Positions 38,456 to 48,174 of a stretch of DNA of 64,000 nucleotides are shown here, piece after piece. Below the pieces are notes generated by a model. The model was given only the letters and a program-made list of their open reading frames with translations, was not told where the DNA came from and searched no databases. The DNA is from Sphingobacteriia bacterium (GTDB taxonomy: Bacteria > Bacteroidota > Bacteroidia > NS11-12g > UBA9320). The DNA lies in assembly GCA_008080835.1 (NCBI GenBank), contig VMDK01000027.1, positions 1,514 to 65,513 on the forward strand, given 5' to 3'. Each line of letters starts with the position of its first letter. The first letter of the stretch is position 1. Both the position numbers and the translations under genes were made by a program.

Positions 38456-41400
38456 TCAGAATCCTGCGTAATCCAGCAACTTATCCAGTTTGAGGGAGTT
38501 CAGATCCATACTGAAGCTGATGCGCTTGCCAAAGGAGTCGATCCCTTTTAAGTCCTGGGCATCCAGAATGAACTGAGAAGTGGAAAGAGGGAAGTACACC
38601 TGCAGAAAACCCGTGAGAACATTCAACTGCAAGCCAGCCGAATAAGCGATAGAGCCATCACTTCCTGGATGGGACTCGATGCCAGCAAAACTAAATACGT
38701 CCGCATAGAGCGCTATCGGCAGTTTAACCGGAATGTCTGCTCGAACGTTAAAGGCAGCGATCCACTGATCGCCGTCGTCGCTAACATTTCCCATATTCCC
38801 GACCAGCTTCGACTGATATCCTGACAAGGTCACTTGACGGCTCCAGAGACCCGATCCGGCTGCTCGACCCATCATCAGATACTGATAGGTGTAATCAAAT
38901 CGTCCGGCATCAGGACTCAAACGGAACTGGTAGTACCTATCGTCCGCAGGATCCGGATAGTACCCACCATAAAATCGGAAATTGATGCCTTTATCGGTAA
39001 GCTTAGAAAGGCGATAGTGGAATTTCTTAGAGTGATCGATCTCGATCTTCACGAACTGATCGTCCACCGAGTTGTTCTCGTTTTTAATGTATCGATTGGC
39101 CGAGTAATTTCCCCACTGAGCTCGGATATTGGTTTGGCAAGGATCAAGGGCTTTTCGATTCCCAAAAGAAAACCGAAGATCCACGAATTGATCGCTGTTG
39201 AATTCCGAAAGCGAAAGATGACCGGTCGTATCTTCCATCACATCCGCTTTGCGCTGTTCGATATCAAACTGCGGTTTGAAGGATATGATCGTTGTCGAGA
39301 GCTCGATCTCTGCAAATTTCTTTGAACGCAAGTCTGAAGGTTGGAAACCAAACAATACGTAGGGACGAATTCTGGTGTACGTGTGATCGTATAACCTTCT
39401 CGTGCTGAATCGAGAAGCCTCCACACCGATGTCCTTCTTCCACATATGCGCTTTCGCATGATGCGAATATTCGATCCTTCCGAGACCATTCAACTCCTGA
39501 TTGCTGAAACTGAACAAAGTCGAGAGAGAATATTTGAGCTTTTTACCCGGCAAGGTCATGTTTGAGACGTATACCCCTGCCATCCAATTATCGTTGATAT
39601 TGTAGCCGACTATAGGAAGCCAACTCACCATAGAGGCGTTGGGGTTCTCGATCAATGCCAGCAGGTTGAAACTGACCGGCTCCATCTTTGGAAACATGCC
39701 ACTGGTGCGCATGGAATTATTCGACTGATCGGGCTCGAAGATGTCCTCGTATGGATCGATCTTGACGAGATCGTACTCCTCGCTCGTGTTGATAGGAACA
39801 GTTACCTTCTCGGCATTGACCTGATCCACGCGCTCCTCGTGCATCAGGTCTCCTTCTTTGAAGAATCCGACCACAAAAGGAGCTTGAATATCACCTCGAT
39901 TCACGATGGTGATGGAAGAATCGCTCAAAGCATCGATCGCATAATCAATGTGCTTTTCTGTATTGATGACATCACGGAAGAACCAGGTCAGATCTGTACC
40001 GCTCGTTCGTTCAAAAACGTCCTGCATATCTCCCGGTAACGGGTGCCTGAATTTCCAGGTTTCATAGTACTCCTTAAAGCAGGAGTCCATCATCTCCGTC
40101 CCAAGATATGCCTCCAAATGCTTCAAGACCAGTGCCCCTTTCCCATAGACCATTGTGCCATAATTCATCTCCGTGAATTCCAGGGATGAAGCGCCAATGG
40201 CTTGGTGTGTTTCCTGTCTCTCGGAATACATCGCTCCGATCCCGAGGAAGAAATCGTTAATGTTGAACAGATTGCTGATAATGGTCGGTCGCTCGAGAGA
40301 CGCATGTCGAAAACTCAGGAATGATGTAGCTCGGGAATCGAAATAGGAATTGAGCGACTCATCCATCCATGGATATCGCTTCTCATTGCTACCCAAGATC
40401 CCATAGAACCAGTTATGTCCAACCTCGTGCACAACGACCTCCTGCTGTTCTGCAGAGATCACCGTGATCATCGGGTATTCCATCCCACCACCGGCTTCCA
40501 GCGCTCCATAAACCACCGAACAATAATCATATGGATATGGCCCAATATGCTCTGAATAGTATTTCAAGCCTCGCTCGATCCAACTTGTGTAGTCGAAATC
40601 CTGTTTCGGGGCAAAACCCAGAGTGCGTATCGTATGTCCTTCGATTTCGACCTCCGAGCTTTCTATGTTGAGGTTCTTTCCTGCGAACCAGGCAAAATCG
40701 TGAATGCTGTCTTGCTTGTAGTGAAGCGTCTTCAATTTAGTGGCGGATGGGATGTCCATTTCCGGATCGATCGGATTCGCGATCCTGTGTTCAATAAAAT
40801 CCCACTCTTTCTGATCCATTAATTCTCCGGTTGCAGCCACCACGTAGTTTTCCGGAACGGAAATAGAAACATCGAAAGAGCCAAAGTCAGAATAGAATTC
40901 CCCCTGATCGTGATAAGAGATCGGATTCCATCCGTTGACATCATAGACGGCCGGTTTGGGGAACCACTGAGTGATCTGGTAATTCTGTCCGGCGTGCCCA
41001 AACCTACTGAACCGACCGGGGATCTTCACTCGAAAAGGGGTGGTTATCACTGCTTTCTCACCGGAGAACAACCATCGGTTCAGATAGAGCACGCAAACGT
41101 CTTTTCTAAGACTGTCATACTCCCACCTGACAGGTTTGCCATCTACCACAAATTTCATGTCGCGCATCCAACCTCGATCGCTTTCTTTTGCAAACTGAAA
41201 ATCCAGCTTGCCATTTTCGACCAGTTGCCGGGCAAATGGCGTGTTGTTGTCCTCATAAGCATTAGGCCACGCATGAATAAATATCCTGCGAAGGTCGTTC
41301 GGAGAGTTGTTCGTATAGGTGATGCAGATCTGACCATCGAGCATATGTGCAGAATCGTCGAGCTCTACATGGATCTCGTAGTCGACCCGTTGCTGCCAGT

Positions 41401-41476
41401 CCGACTGTCGAACCGCTTCCTGAGCGCTCAAACCGGAACAGATCAGGAATGCAAATGCAGTGAGGAGAATTTTCAT
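38456..41476 (-). CDS. M1-family zinc metallopeptidase (gluzincin HExxH...E) with a long C-terminal beta-rich domain
   Basis: 1006 aa. Signal peptide. HEVGHNWFYG and WMDESLNSYF provide the HExxH plus downstream Glu of M1 aminopeptidases. The C-terminal roughly 450 aa show alternating hydrophobic strands and end in ...LDYAGF. Confidence 0.7.
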   Translation of the reverse strand: MKILLTAFAFLICSGLSAQEAVRQSDWQQRVDYEIHVELDDSAHMLDGQICITYTNNSPNDLRRIFIHAWPNAYEDNNTPFARQLVENGKLDFQFAKESDRGWMRDMKFVVDGKPVRWEYDSLRKDVCVLYLNRWLFSGEKAVITTPFRVKIPGRFSRFGHAGQNYQITQWFPKPAVYDVNGWNPISYHDQGEFYSDFGSFDVSISVPENYVVAATGELMDQKEWDFIEHRIANPIDPEMDIPSATKLKTLHYKQDSIHDFAWFAGKNLNIESSEVEIEGHTIRTLGFAPKQDFDYTSWIERGLKYYSEHIGPYPYDYCSVVYGALEAGGGMEYPMITVISAEQQEVVVHEVGHNWFYGILGSNEKRYPWMDESLNSYFDSRATSFLSFRHASLERPTIISNLFNINDFFLGIGAMYSERQETHQAIGASSLEFTEMNYGTMVYGKGALVLKHLEAYLGTEMMDSCFKEYYETWKFRHPLPGDMQDVFERTSGTDLTWFFRDVINTEKHIDYAIDALSDSSITIVNRGDIQAPFVVGFFKEGDLMHEERVDQVNAEKVTVPINTSEEYDLVKIDPYEDIFEPDQSNNSMRTSGMFPKMEPVSFNLLALIENPNASMVSWLPIVGYNINDNWMAGVYVSNMTLPGKKLKYSLSTLFSFSNQELNGLGRIEYSHHAKAHMWKKDIGVEASRFSTRRLYDHTYTRIRPYVLFGFQPSDLRSKKFAEIELSTTIISFKPQFDIEQRKADVMEDTTGHLSLSEFNSDQFVDLRFSFGNRKALDPCQTNIRAQWGNYSANRYIKNENNSVDDQFVKIEIDHSKKFHYRLSKLTDKGINFRFYGGYYPDPADDRYYQFRLSPDAGRFDYTYQYLMMGRAAGSGLWSRQVTLSGYQSKLVGNMGNVSDDGDQWIAAFNVRADIPVKLPIALYADVFSFAGIESHPGSDGSIAYSAGLQLNVLTGFLQVYFPLSTSQFILDAQDLKGIDSFGKRISFSMDLNSLKLDKLLDYAGF

Positions 41477-41572
41477 AGAGATGAGGAAAATATGTGGGCA
41501 AAAATAAGGTTCCCCTTATGGAAGCCCGAATAGATTAAGACACCTTTACATCAGTACTAAGCCCCCTCTTGC

Positions 41573-42976
41573 ATGGAAGATGACAGAATTACCCCCTACG
41601 AGTTGACCAAGCTGGCCAAAAAGTTTGAGGCCAATCGCAAAACGAGGACTTTCGACTACTACGAACCTCGAATACTTCATGAATTGGTTGGCCATTATCT
41701 GGAAGAAGGCAACCCGGAATACGCGATCGAGATCTGTGAGATCGGAATGGAGCAACATCCTTTTGAAACTTCTTTTTATGGTCAGGCTGCTGAATTATAC
41801 AACAACGGAAAGCGTGTCATGGCTGCTATGAGGATCATAGAAAAAGCACTCAGCATTGAACCCGGACATGCAGAGCATCTCATGCTCAAAGCTCAGATAC
41901 TTGAGAACATGCGTAAACCGATCGAAGCAGAGGAACTTTATGATCGTGTCATTGAGAACGGTGGGGACATTGACGAGGTGCGCATTCGAAAGGCGAATAA
42001 CTGCATCAACCTCGGAGAGCCTGAGCGTGGTGTAGAGTTGATCCGTGAGATCTTTTCCAAGAAGATCAAATCCGAGCATTTGTTCTACGAAGCACTCATG
42101 TATCTCGAATTGATCAACCGACTGGAAGCCGGGATCGAAATGCTGGAAGGCTACCTCGATGAAGACCCTTATTCAGCTACTGGCTGGTGCGGGCTGGGAC
42201 ATATTTACAACGAGACCGGTGATCCGGAAAAAGCGATCTGGGCATACGATTTTGCCGTGGCTATCGATGAGAACTATGCGGATGCATATCTGCAAAAAGG
42301 GTACTGCTACACGGAGCTGGGTGACTACGAAAATGCCGCTGAATCTTTCAACGAATATCTGCGCCTGGATGCTCCGGATCCGCTCTCGTACACGAACATG
42401 GCAGACTGCTACCGCATGATGAAGCAGTTTGAAAAGGCGGAAGAGACATATCGCAAAGCACTGGAGATCGACCCGAATTACAGCGAAGCCTGGTTTGGAT
42501 TGGGCCTCGTCGCCAGCGGCGTAAAGAACCACAAAGAGGCAGCTGAATTCTACAAGCGAGCACACGAACTGGAGCCTGCAGATGACCTCTGCCTGCTGCA
42601 GTTGATCGATTCATACAAAAAGCTTGGATACTGGGCTCAAGCCGAGAAGTTACTCGCCAAAATGCTCAAGACCCGAACGGATTATCAGCATGCGTACGTG
42701 TGGCTTGCCAACTCTCAGGCGAAGCAAGATAAGTACGACGAAGCACTTGCTACTCTGGAGAAGTGGTTGGACAAAAGACCCGAAGACGATCAGATCTGGT
42801 ATCAGAAAGCAGCCTACCTCTATTTGCAAGGCGACGAGAAAAATGGTTTAGATTCTTTGTGTCATGCCTTACTTTTGAACCCAGAAACAGTGGAGACTTT
42901 CTTCGAGTTTGCACCCGGTTATAAAGACCACGAAAAGGTGAAACAGATGATCGACCTCTACTCGAACGAATTGTAG
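41573..42976 (+). CDS. Tetratricopeptide-repeat protein
   Basis: 467 aa of tandem TPR-like helices (AYLQKGYCYTELGDYENA, AWFGLGLVASGVKNHKEA, etc.). No signal peptide. Confidence 0.6.
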   Translation: MEDDRITPYELTKLAKKFEANRKTRTFDYYEPRILHELVGHYLEEGNPEYAIEICEIGMEQHPFETSFYGQAAELYNNGKRVMAAMRIIEKALSIEPGHAEHLMLKAQILENMRKPIEAEELYDRVIENGGDIDEVRIRKANNCINLGEPERGVELIREIFSKKIKSEHLFYEALMYLELINRLEAGIEMLEGYLDEDPYSATGWCGLGHIYNETGDPEKAIWAYDFAVAIDENYADAYLQKGYCYTELGDYENAAESFNEYLRLDAPDPLSYTNMADCYRMMKQFEKAEETYRKALEIDPNYSEAWFGLGLVASGVKNHKEAAEFYKRAHELEPADDLCLLQLIDSYKKLGYWAQAEKLLAKMLKTRTDYQHAYVWLANSQAKQDKYDEALATLEKWLDKRPEDDQIWYQKAAYLYLQGDEKNGLDSLCHALLLNPETVETFFEFAPGYKDHEKVKQMIDLYSNEL

Positions 42977-42980
42977 GCTT

Positions 42981-43745
42981 ATGCAGAATTTCGACTTGTC
43001 GCAACTTCCCGAGCGAACCACAAAACCCCGTCTTGCAGGATTGACCATGGTCATGGATAAAGGCCTCAGCCTTCGATTGGCAGAGGACTTCGTTGAGCTG
43101 GCGGGAGAATTTACCGACTTGGTCAAACTGGGTTTTGGAACATCTATGTACACCCCTGGATTGGAAGACAAGCTCAAGCTGTATCGCGAAGCCGGTATTC
43201 CGGTTTATCTGGGAGGCACACTTTTCGAAGCATTCATCGTTCGTGGCCAATTTGATGATTACTTGCGTTTACTGGATCGCTGGCAATTAACTCATGCCGA
43301 AGTGAGTGATGGCTCTATCGAGATCAGTGAAGATGAGAAATGTGAGTACATCCATAAGCTCTCCAAACACGCCACCGTACTTTCAGAAGTAGGTTCCAAA
43401 GACACCGATAAGATCATTCCTCCTTACAAATGGATCAACATGATGCAGTCGGAACTGGACGCGGGAGCATGGAAAGTGATCGCGGAGGCTCGTGAAAGCG
43501 GAACGGTAGGGATCTTTCGAAAATCGGGTGAAGTGCGATCGGGATTGGTGGAAGAGATCCTGACCAAGATCCCTCAGGATAAGATCCTTTGGGAAGCACC
43601 GAATAAAGGACAACAATTGTGGTTCATTCAGCTCTATGGACAAAACGTGAGTCTTGGGAATATCTCTCCATGGGAAGTGATCCCGCTGGAGACCCTGAGA
43701 ACAGGCCTTAGAGGGGACACTTTCAGCTTTTTTCTCGATAAATAA
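42981..43745 (+). CDS. (2R)-phospho-3-sulfolactate synthase (ComA) family protein
   Basis: 254 aa. LTMVMDKGLS...GFGTSM...VYLGGTLFE matches the PSL-synthase TIM-barrel family as I recall it. Confidence 0.6.
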   Translation: MQNFDLSQLPERTTKPRLAGLTMVMDKGLSLRLAEDFVELAGEFTDLVKLGFGTSMYTPGLEDKLKLYREAGIPVYLGGTLFEAFIVRGQFDDYLRLLDRWQLTHAEVSDGSIEISEDEKCEYIHKLSKHATVLSEVGSKDTDKIIPPYKWINMMQSELDAGAWKVIAEARESGTVGIFRKSGEVRSGLVEEILTKIPQDKILWEAPNKGQQLWFIQLYGQNVSLGNISPWEVIPLETLRTGLRGDTFSFFLDK

Positions 43746-43761
43746 TTGAAAATCAGTCTTT

Positions 43762-44172
43762 TTAGACTTTCTCTCGCCGAATAAGGTTTAAAGAGAGGTC
43801 GACTTTATCTCCCTTTTTACCGGCCGGATCCACAATGCCGATCACGACTTTATAAGTCGCCCCGGTATGCACGTCGAATACCATGTCTGCCGAGATCTTG
43901 GTCATTCGGGATTTTGATACTTCCACCGGACGATCCTGCATGTCGTACACTCCAATACTCACCATCATGCTGTCGCGCTCATGGTTTACATTGAACATGT
44001 AATCAAAACCATCTTCCGCCGGGAATTCGAATGTATAGAGTTCACCGCTAGAAAGGATGAGATCCTGCGAACGCACGAATCTCCATTGAATGCTTGGGTT
44101 GATCTCCTTGACCTGCGCCTGGGCCGACCCCAGAAACGCAAGAACAGCTAGAAGAGTAAAGATCTTTTTCAT
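43762..44172 (-). CDS. Small secreted hypothetical protein
   Basis: 136 aa with a clear signal peptide (LLAVLAFLGSAQAQ). No recognisable motif. Confidence 0.4.
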   Translation of the reverse strand: MKKIFTLLAVLAFLGSAQAQVKEINPSIQWRFVRSQDLILSSGELYTFEFPAEDGFDYMFNVNHERDSMMVSIGVYDMQDRPVEVSKSRMTKISADMVFDVHTGATYKVVIGIVDPAGKKGDKVDLSLNLIRREKV

Positions 44173-44198
44173 GGTCTATTCAATAACGCGAAGAATGC

Positions 44199-44975
44199 TC
44201 AGTTGTTGTGGGTGGGCTTTCGTTGCTCAATCGCTGCTGAAAGCATTTTATAGATCTCGGCCAGGTCTGGTCGATTTTCAAGCATTTGCAAATGCTTCTT
44301 CATGGTTTCTACATCTCCTCTCATAGCCGGACCCGTTTGTTGTTCCATTGGTGTACCGTGATCCAAATTATTTCCGGTTTGCTCAATGAGTGGTTTCAGA
44401 AGTTCGAAATCCAGGTCTTTCGAGGTGAGGAACTCGTTGCTCATGCTATACAATACATTCGCAAAGTTATTGGTAAATACAGCGGCGAGATGATAGTTTG
44501 CTCTGTCAGAACTACTACAATAGCGCACCGTATTAGAAATATCTCCGGCAATTTCCTGCAGCACATGGGTCGCATTGCTATCTGAACCTTCTATAAGGAA
44601 AGGGACTTTGAACATGTCTACATCGACATGCTTGTTCAATGTTTGCAATGGATAGATCACACCGTATCGAAATGCTCCTCCCTTGAGAACTTCCATGGAA
44701 CGAACGCCGCAAGTGTGTGCGAGCACCCCATTTACCGAAGGTAATTCTGCACAGATCTCTGCGATGTGGTCGTCGGGAACGGCAAGGATCACTAGGTCAA
44801 CGAGATCATAGATCGAGTTCAGATCAGTGGAATAGTATGCACCGAACTTGACTGCCAGTGCTTTGGCGTGGTCTTCATCGCGACTGATGATCTGCTCGAT
44901 GGTATGCCCGGCTCGATCCATGGCTATACTCAATTGCCAAGCGACGTTTCCCGAACCGACGAAGGTGATTTTCAT
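44199..44975 (-). CDS. Rossmann-fold NAD(P)-binding protein, DUF2520 / ProC-ketopantoate-reductase-like
   Basis: 258 aa. N-terminal ITFVGSGNVA dinucleotide-binding motif. Its start overlaps the ccmF-like stop by 4 nt (ATGA), so it is probably in the same operon. Confidence 0.5.
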   Translation of the reverse strand: MKITFVGSGNVAWQLSIAMDRAGHTIEQIISRDEDHAKALAVKFGAYYSTDLNSIYDLVDLVILAVPDDHIAEICAELPSVNGVLAHTCGVRSMEVLKGGAFRYGVIYPLQTLNKHVDVDMFKVPFLIEGSDSNATHVLQEIAGDISNTVRYCSSSDRANYHLAAVFTNNFANVLYSMSNEFLTSKDLDFELLKPLIEQTGNNLDHGTPMEQQTGPAMRGDVETMKKHLQMLENRPDLAEIYKMLSAAIEQRKPTHNN

Positions 44976-47590
44976 GACCGCTTATTGTGCGCCATGCGTT
45001 GTCGGATTGCTAAAGCAAATCCTACCAACATGACGATCATTCCTCCCCAAAGTACGTTAATATAGGGGAATACAATGGCCTTCATGATGATGTAGTCCTT
45101 AGGCTTGATCGCAGTTTCGATCTCATGAACGATCTCTCCATCTACTTCTTTAGGGAAATAATTGAGGCGTATGGATGCCTTTTCGGCAAATGAGTACACG
45201 TTGTAGGCGCTCAGCCCATCTTTCAAACCATACAATGGTTTCGCGATGTAGACCGTATCTGCTCCGATCACACGTAAAGTGGCGATCTGCATGCTGTGTC
45301 CTTCTAAGTCGGCAGATATGCTTGTACCTTCTACCTGTTCTACACTATCAAGAATGATCAGATGGCGATTGACGAAGATCGAATCCCCGATATTCATTTC
45401 GTGCATTTTCTCACTCAACCACTCTTCCCGTGGTTCCAGTTTGTTTGGAACAGAACTTACGTGCGTGAAGATATCGCGGGTGAGGTAATGCCTCGTGTCA
45501 GGGTTCGCTGTGAGTCCCATCTCACGACTGATCTGAGCATTAGGGTACAGAGTAAAGGTCTCTCCGGTCTCCAGGTGCTTGTAATCAACAATGTAGAAAT
45601 TGTCCGGACTCTTCGTAGAATCACCACGATAGGTCACCTCGTAATTCTGCATGATGACCGGCTCATTCTTGTACAGGAGTATGTTATGTCTGGTCTCCTC
45701 ATCCGAGAAGTTCTCACCGTAATTGTAAAGCGTGTTGATGGAGATGACCTCCTTTTTCCCTCCGGAAAAAAGCACCCCAATGAGCATGAGTGCAAATCCA
45801 ATGTGAGCCACACTCCCTCCTGCGAGATTCAACTTTCCTCTGAGTCCGGTGATCACGTAGAGTATATTTCCGAATATGGAGTAGAACGCAGCGAACAACA
45901 GGATCCAATGCAGGAATTGATCAAAACCGGCCAACCAAACGACCAATGCAGTCAGCACAACCGATATGATGGCCACACTCGCGATCTCCGAGAATAACTT
46001 TCGCTTATCATCAGTCTTTCGGTAACGGAGGAACTGACCGTATCCTGTGAGTAAAGCGATGACGATGGAGATAGGAAGTTGCCATTTGTTATAGTGGGCT
46101 ACTGGTTCATTTGGCGGAGCCAAAGTTCCCTTGGCAAAGCTATCGAACAGCTCAATAGACGTGGCATCTGCCAGCCATGCCCAGAAGCTACTAGCCTGCA
46201 TGAGGATCTTGTTCATGACCGGAATGCTCGTGGTACTGATCACTTGCACCGCTGATAATATCAGGATGAGTGCACCGATGAACATCCAGAACTCTCGTGA
46301 GTAGACCGATTCTTCTTTCTTGCTCAGTGGTAGTTCCTTTTGGAAATTCCGGATCAGGGCTATCAACCCCATGAGAAGCAGGATCACGTTCACCCCAAAG
46401 AGAAAGCGTCCGACGATCACATTGATCACTAGTATGATCACTACTACTCCCAGAGCCAACCATCGATCACGCGATCGTTTGAAGGAGGCAAATACGGGCA
46501 CCAGCATGAACAGGAACAGGTACACGAGCAACTGACGCGATAAGCCCAGATCCGTGAATGAATGCACGGAAGTATCACCGAGAACTCCACTGCGCGTAAG
46601 GAAGGTCGCATATAGCACCAACACGAATGACGCGATCAGGAGGAGATAGGTCAGCATCAGAGATTGACCCGAGGCTCGGTTCAGGACTATGACGTGCAAT
46701 CCAGCTACGAGGATCAACCATGGAACCAGGGATGCGTTCTCCACCGGATCCCAGGCCCAATATCCCCCAAAGCTCAAGCTCTCGTAAGCCCAGATACCGC
46801 CCATAATGATCCCGGTTCCAAGCACTGCTACACCCATGAGGGTCCAAGGCAGGGCTGGACGCATCCAGGAAGTATATTCTTTTCGCCATAAGCCGGCGAC
46901 TGCGAATGCAAATGGAATGATGGTAGAGGCAAATCCAAAGAACAAAGTTGGAGGGTGTATGACCATCCAATAGTTCTGAAGCAATGGGTTAAGCCCTGTT
47001 CCATCTGTGATCACCTTGAGGTAGTCGGCTGCCGGGATTCCGCGCATCTGCATCACCGGAAGTGACAGGATCTCTGGTCGTACTTCCCGCAACAGCACAA
47101 ATGGACTACGACCGAACGTGAATGCATCGGAGATCTCGATTCCAAGAAGCATGGTGCTCAACAGAACCTGAGAAAGCATGATCACGGATAATACCGGGGC
47201 CTTCCATTTGGTTCGATTGAATATCAGCACACCTCCTAACACTGCTTGCCAAAACATCCAAAGAAGGAAGCTTCCCTCCTGCCCTTCCCAGAAGCAACTG
47301 ATCATATAGTGCGTCGGCAAGGCTCGTGATGAATGCTGCCAGGCGTAATCGTATTCGAAATAGTGATTGTATATGATGAAGAATAGTGTGGAGATGATCC
47401 CGATCACAGATACGGCATGTACCCAGTAGGAGTAATCCCCAGCACGCTTCCAGAATCCACTATCATCGTTATTAGTAGCTTTCCAGAAGAAGAAAGCAGT
47501 TAAAATGGCTGAGGCGAAACTCAGGAGAACGAACAAGTTCCCCAAATTACCTATCAGCAGGTGTTCGCTGTTGAATGTGATTTGCTCCAC
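44972..47590 (-). CDS. ccmF: Cytochrome c-type biogenesis protein, CcmF-like heme lyase
   Basis: 872 aa, more than 12 TM helices. WWD heme-handling motif GGYWAWDPVENASLVPWL. Confidence 0.7.
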   Translation of the reverse strand: MEQITFNSEHLLIGNLGNLFVLLSFASAILTAFFFWKATNNDDSGFWKRAGDYSYWVHAVSVIGIISTLFFIIYNHYFEYDYAWQHSSRALPTHYMISCFWEGQEGSFLLWMFWQAVLGGVLIFNRTKWKAPVLSVIMLSQVLLSTMLLGIEISDAFTFGRSPFVLLREVRPEILSLPVMQMRGIPAADYLKVITDGTGLNPLLQNYWMVIHPPTLFFGFASTIIPFAFAVAGLWRKEYTSWMRPALPWTLMGVAVLGTGIIMGGIWAYESLSFGGYWAWDPVENASLVPWLILVAGLHVIVLNRASGQSLMLTYLLLIASFVLVLYATFLTRSGVLGDTSVHSFTDLGLSRQLLVYLFLFMLVPVFASFKRSRDRWLALGVVVIILVINVIVGRFLFGVNVILLLMGLIALIRNFQKELPLSKKEESVYSREFWMFIGALILILSAVQVISTTSIPVMNKILMQASSFWAWLADATSIELFDSFAKGTLAPPNEPVAHYNKWQLPISIVIALLTGYGQFLRYRKTDDKRKLFSEIASVAIISVVLTALVVWLAGFDQFLHWILLFAAFYSIFGNILYVITGLRGKLNLAGGSVAHIGFALMLIGVLFSGGKKEVISINTLYNYGENFSDEETRHNILLYKNEPVIMQNYEVTYRGDSTKSPDNFYIVDYKHLETGETFTLYPNAQISREMGLTANPDTRHYLTRDIFTHVSSVPNKLEPREEWLSEKMHEMNIGDSIFVNRHLIILDSVEQVEGTSISADLEGHSMQIATLRVIGADTVYIAKPLYGLKDGLSAYNVYSFAEKASIRLNYFPKEVDGEIVHEIETAIKPKDYIIMKAIVFPYINVLWGGMIVMLVGFALAIRQRMAHNKRS

Positions 47591-47593
47591 AGA

Positions 47594-47980
47594 TCAGATA
47601 TCCTCGACTTCGTTCTCGTATTTACTCGGGCATTTCACCTGAATACTGCTGGCGAGGAATTCGTTATCTCCTTGCACTTTCCCCACGACCACAACTTCTT
47701 CAGATCGTTCAAAATCGAATGGCTTTTGCTGAAGGCACGTCACTTTTCGCTCTTCTCCCTGACTGTCGACCGCATAGAAAGTGAATTTCTCAGGATCTAC
47801 CATAGCATCGTAGACGACTTCCTTCTCTTTGACCAATTCTGCTTTTACATAGCATTCCTTGTTAGGGTCCTTGGCCGCTTCGCTAAAGCTCTTGAACGTA
47901 CTCGCATCACCATAGGTGCCCACTACAATGGCAATGGCCACTGCAATGACGACGAGTATAGCTATATGGGAAGGTTTCAT
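47594..47980 (-). CDS. ccmE: Cytochrome c maturation heme chaperone CcmE (CxxxY variant)
   Basis: 128 aa. N-terminal TM anchor, OB-fold region (VKAELVKEKEVVYDAMVDPEKFTFYAVDS). C-terminal VKCPSKY, i.e. Cys-x3-Tyr in place of the canonical His-x3-Tyr. Confidence 0.65.
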   Translation of the reverse strand: MKPSHIAILVVIAVAIAIVVGTYGDASTFKSFSEAAKDPNKECYVKAELVKEKEVVYDAMVDPEKFTFYAVDSQGEERKVTCLQQKPFDFERSEEVVVVGKVQGDNEFLASSIQVKCPSKYENEVEDI

Positions 47981-47982
47981 GA

Positions 47983-48174
47983 TTATTCTTTCTCTTCGAA
48001 TTTGCGCAATTTGAGATCGAGTCGGACGAGATAGATCACCAGCCCAACGAATATGATAGCCAACACGGCAACCACCACGTTGTACTTTCCGGATCTGTCG
48101 AAGAGCCCTTGTTCAGCTGCCATTGCCTGCCCAAGGAACAGGAAGGTGAATAAGTAAGCGATCAATCTTTTCAT
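47983..48174 (-). CDS. ccmD: CcmD-like small membrane protein
   Basis: 63 aa with a single TM helix. Sits between ccmC and ccmE. Its start overlaps the ccmC stop (ATGA). Confidence 0.4.
   Translation of the reverse strand: MKRLIAYLFTFLFLGQAMAAEQGLFDRSGKYNVVVAVLAIIFVGLVIYLVRLDLKLRKFEEKE

Noticed and set aside
40910-41533. 207-aa plus-strand ORF overlapping the 5' end of the M1 peptidase gene
   Set aside because: Antisense to a gene with clear HExxH catalytic motifs. Composition looks non-coding.
45362-45997. 211-aa plus-strand ORF
   Set aside because: Antisense to the ccmF-like gene, which carries the WWD motif.
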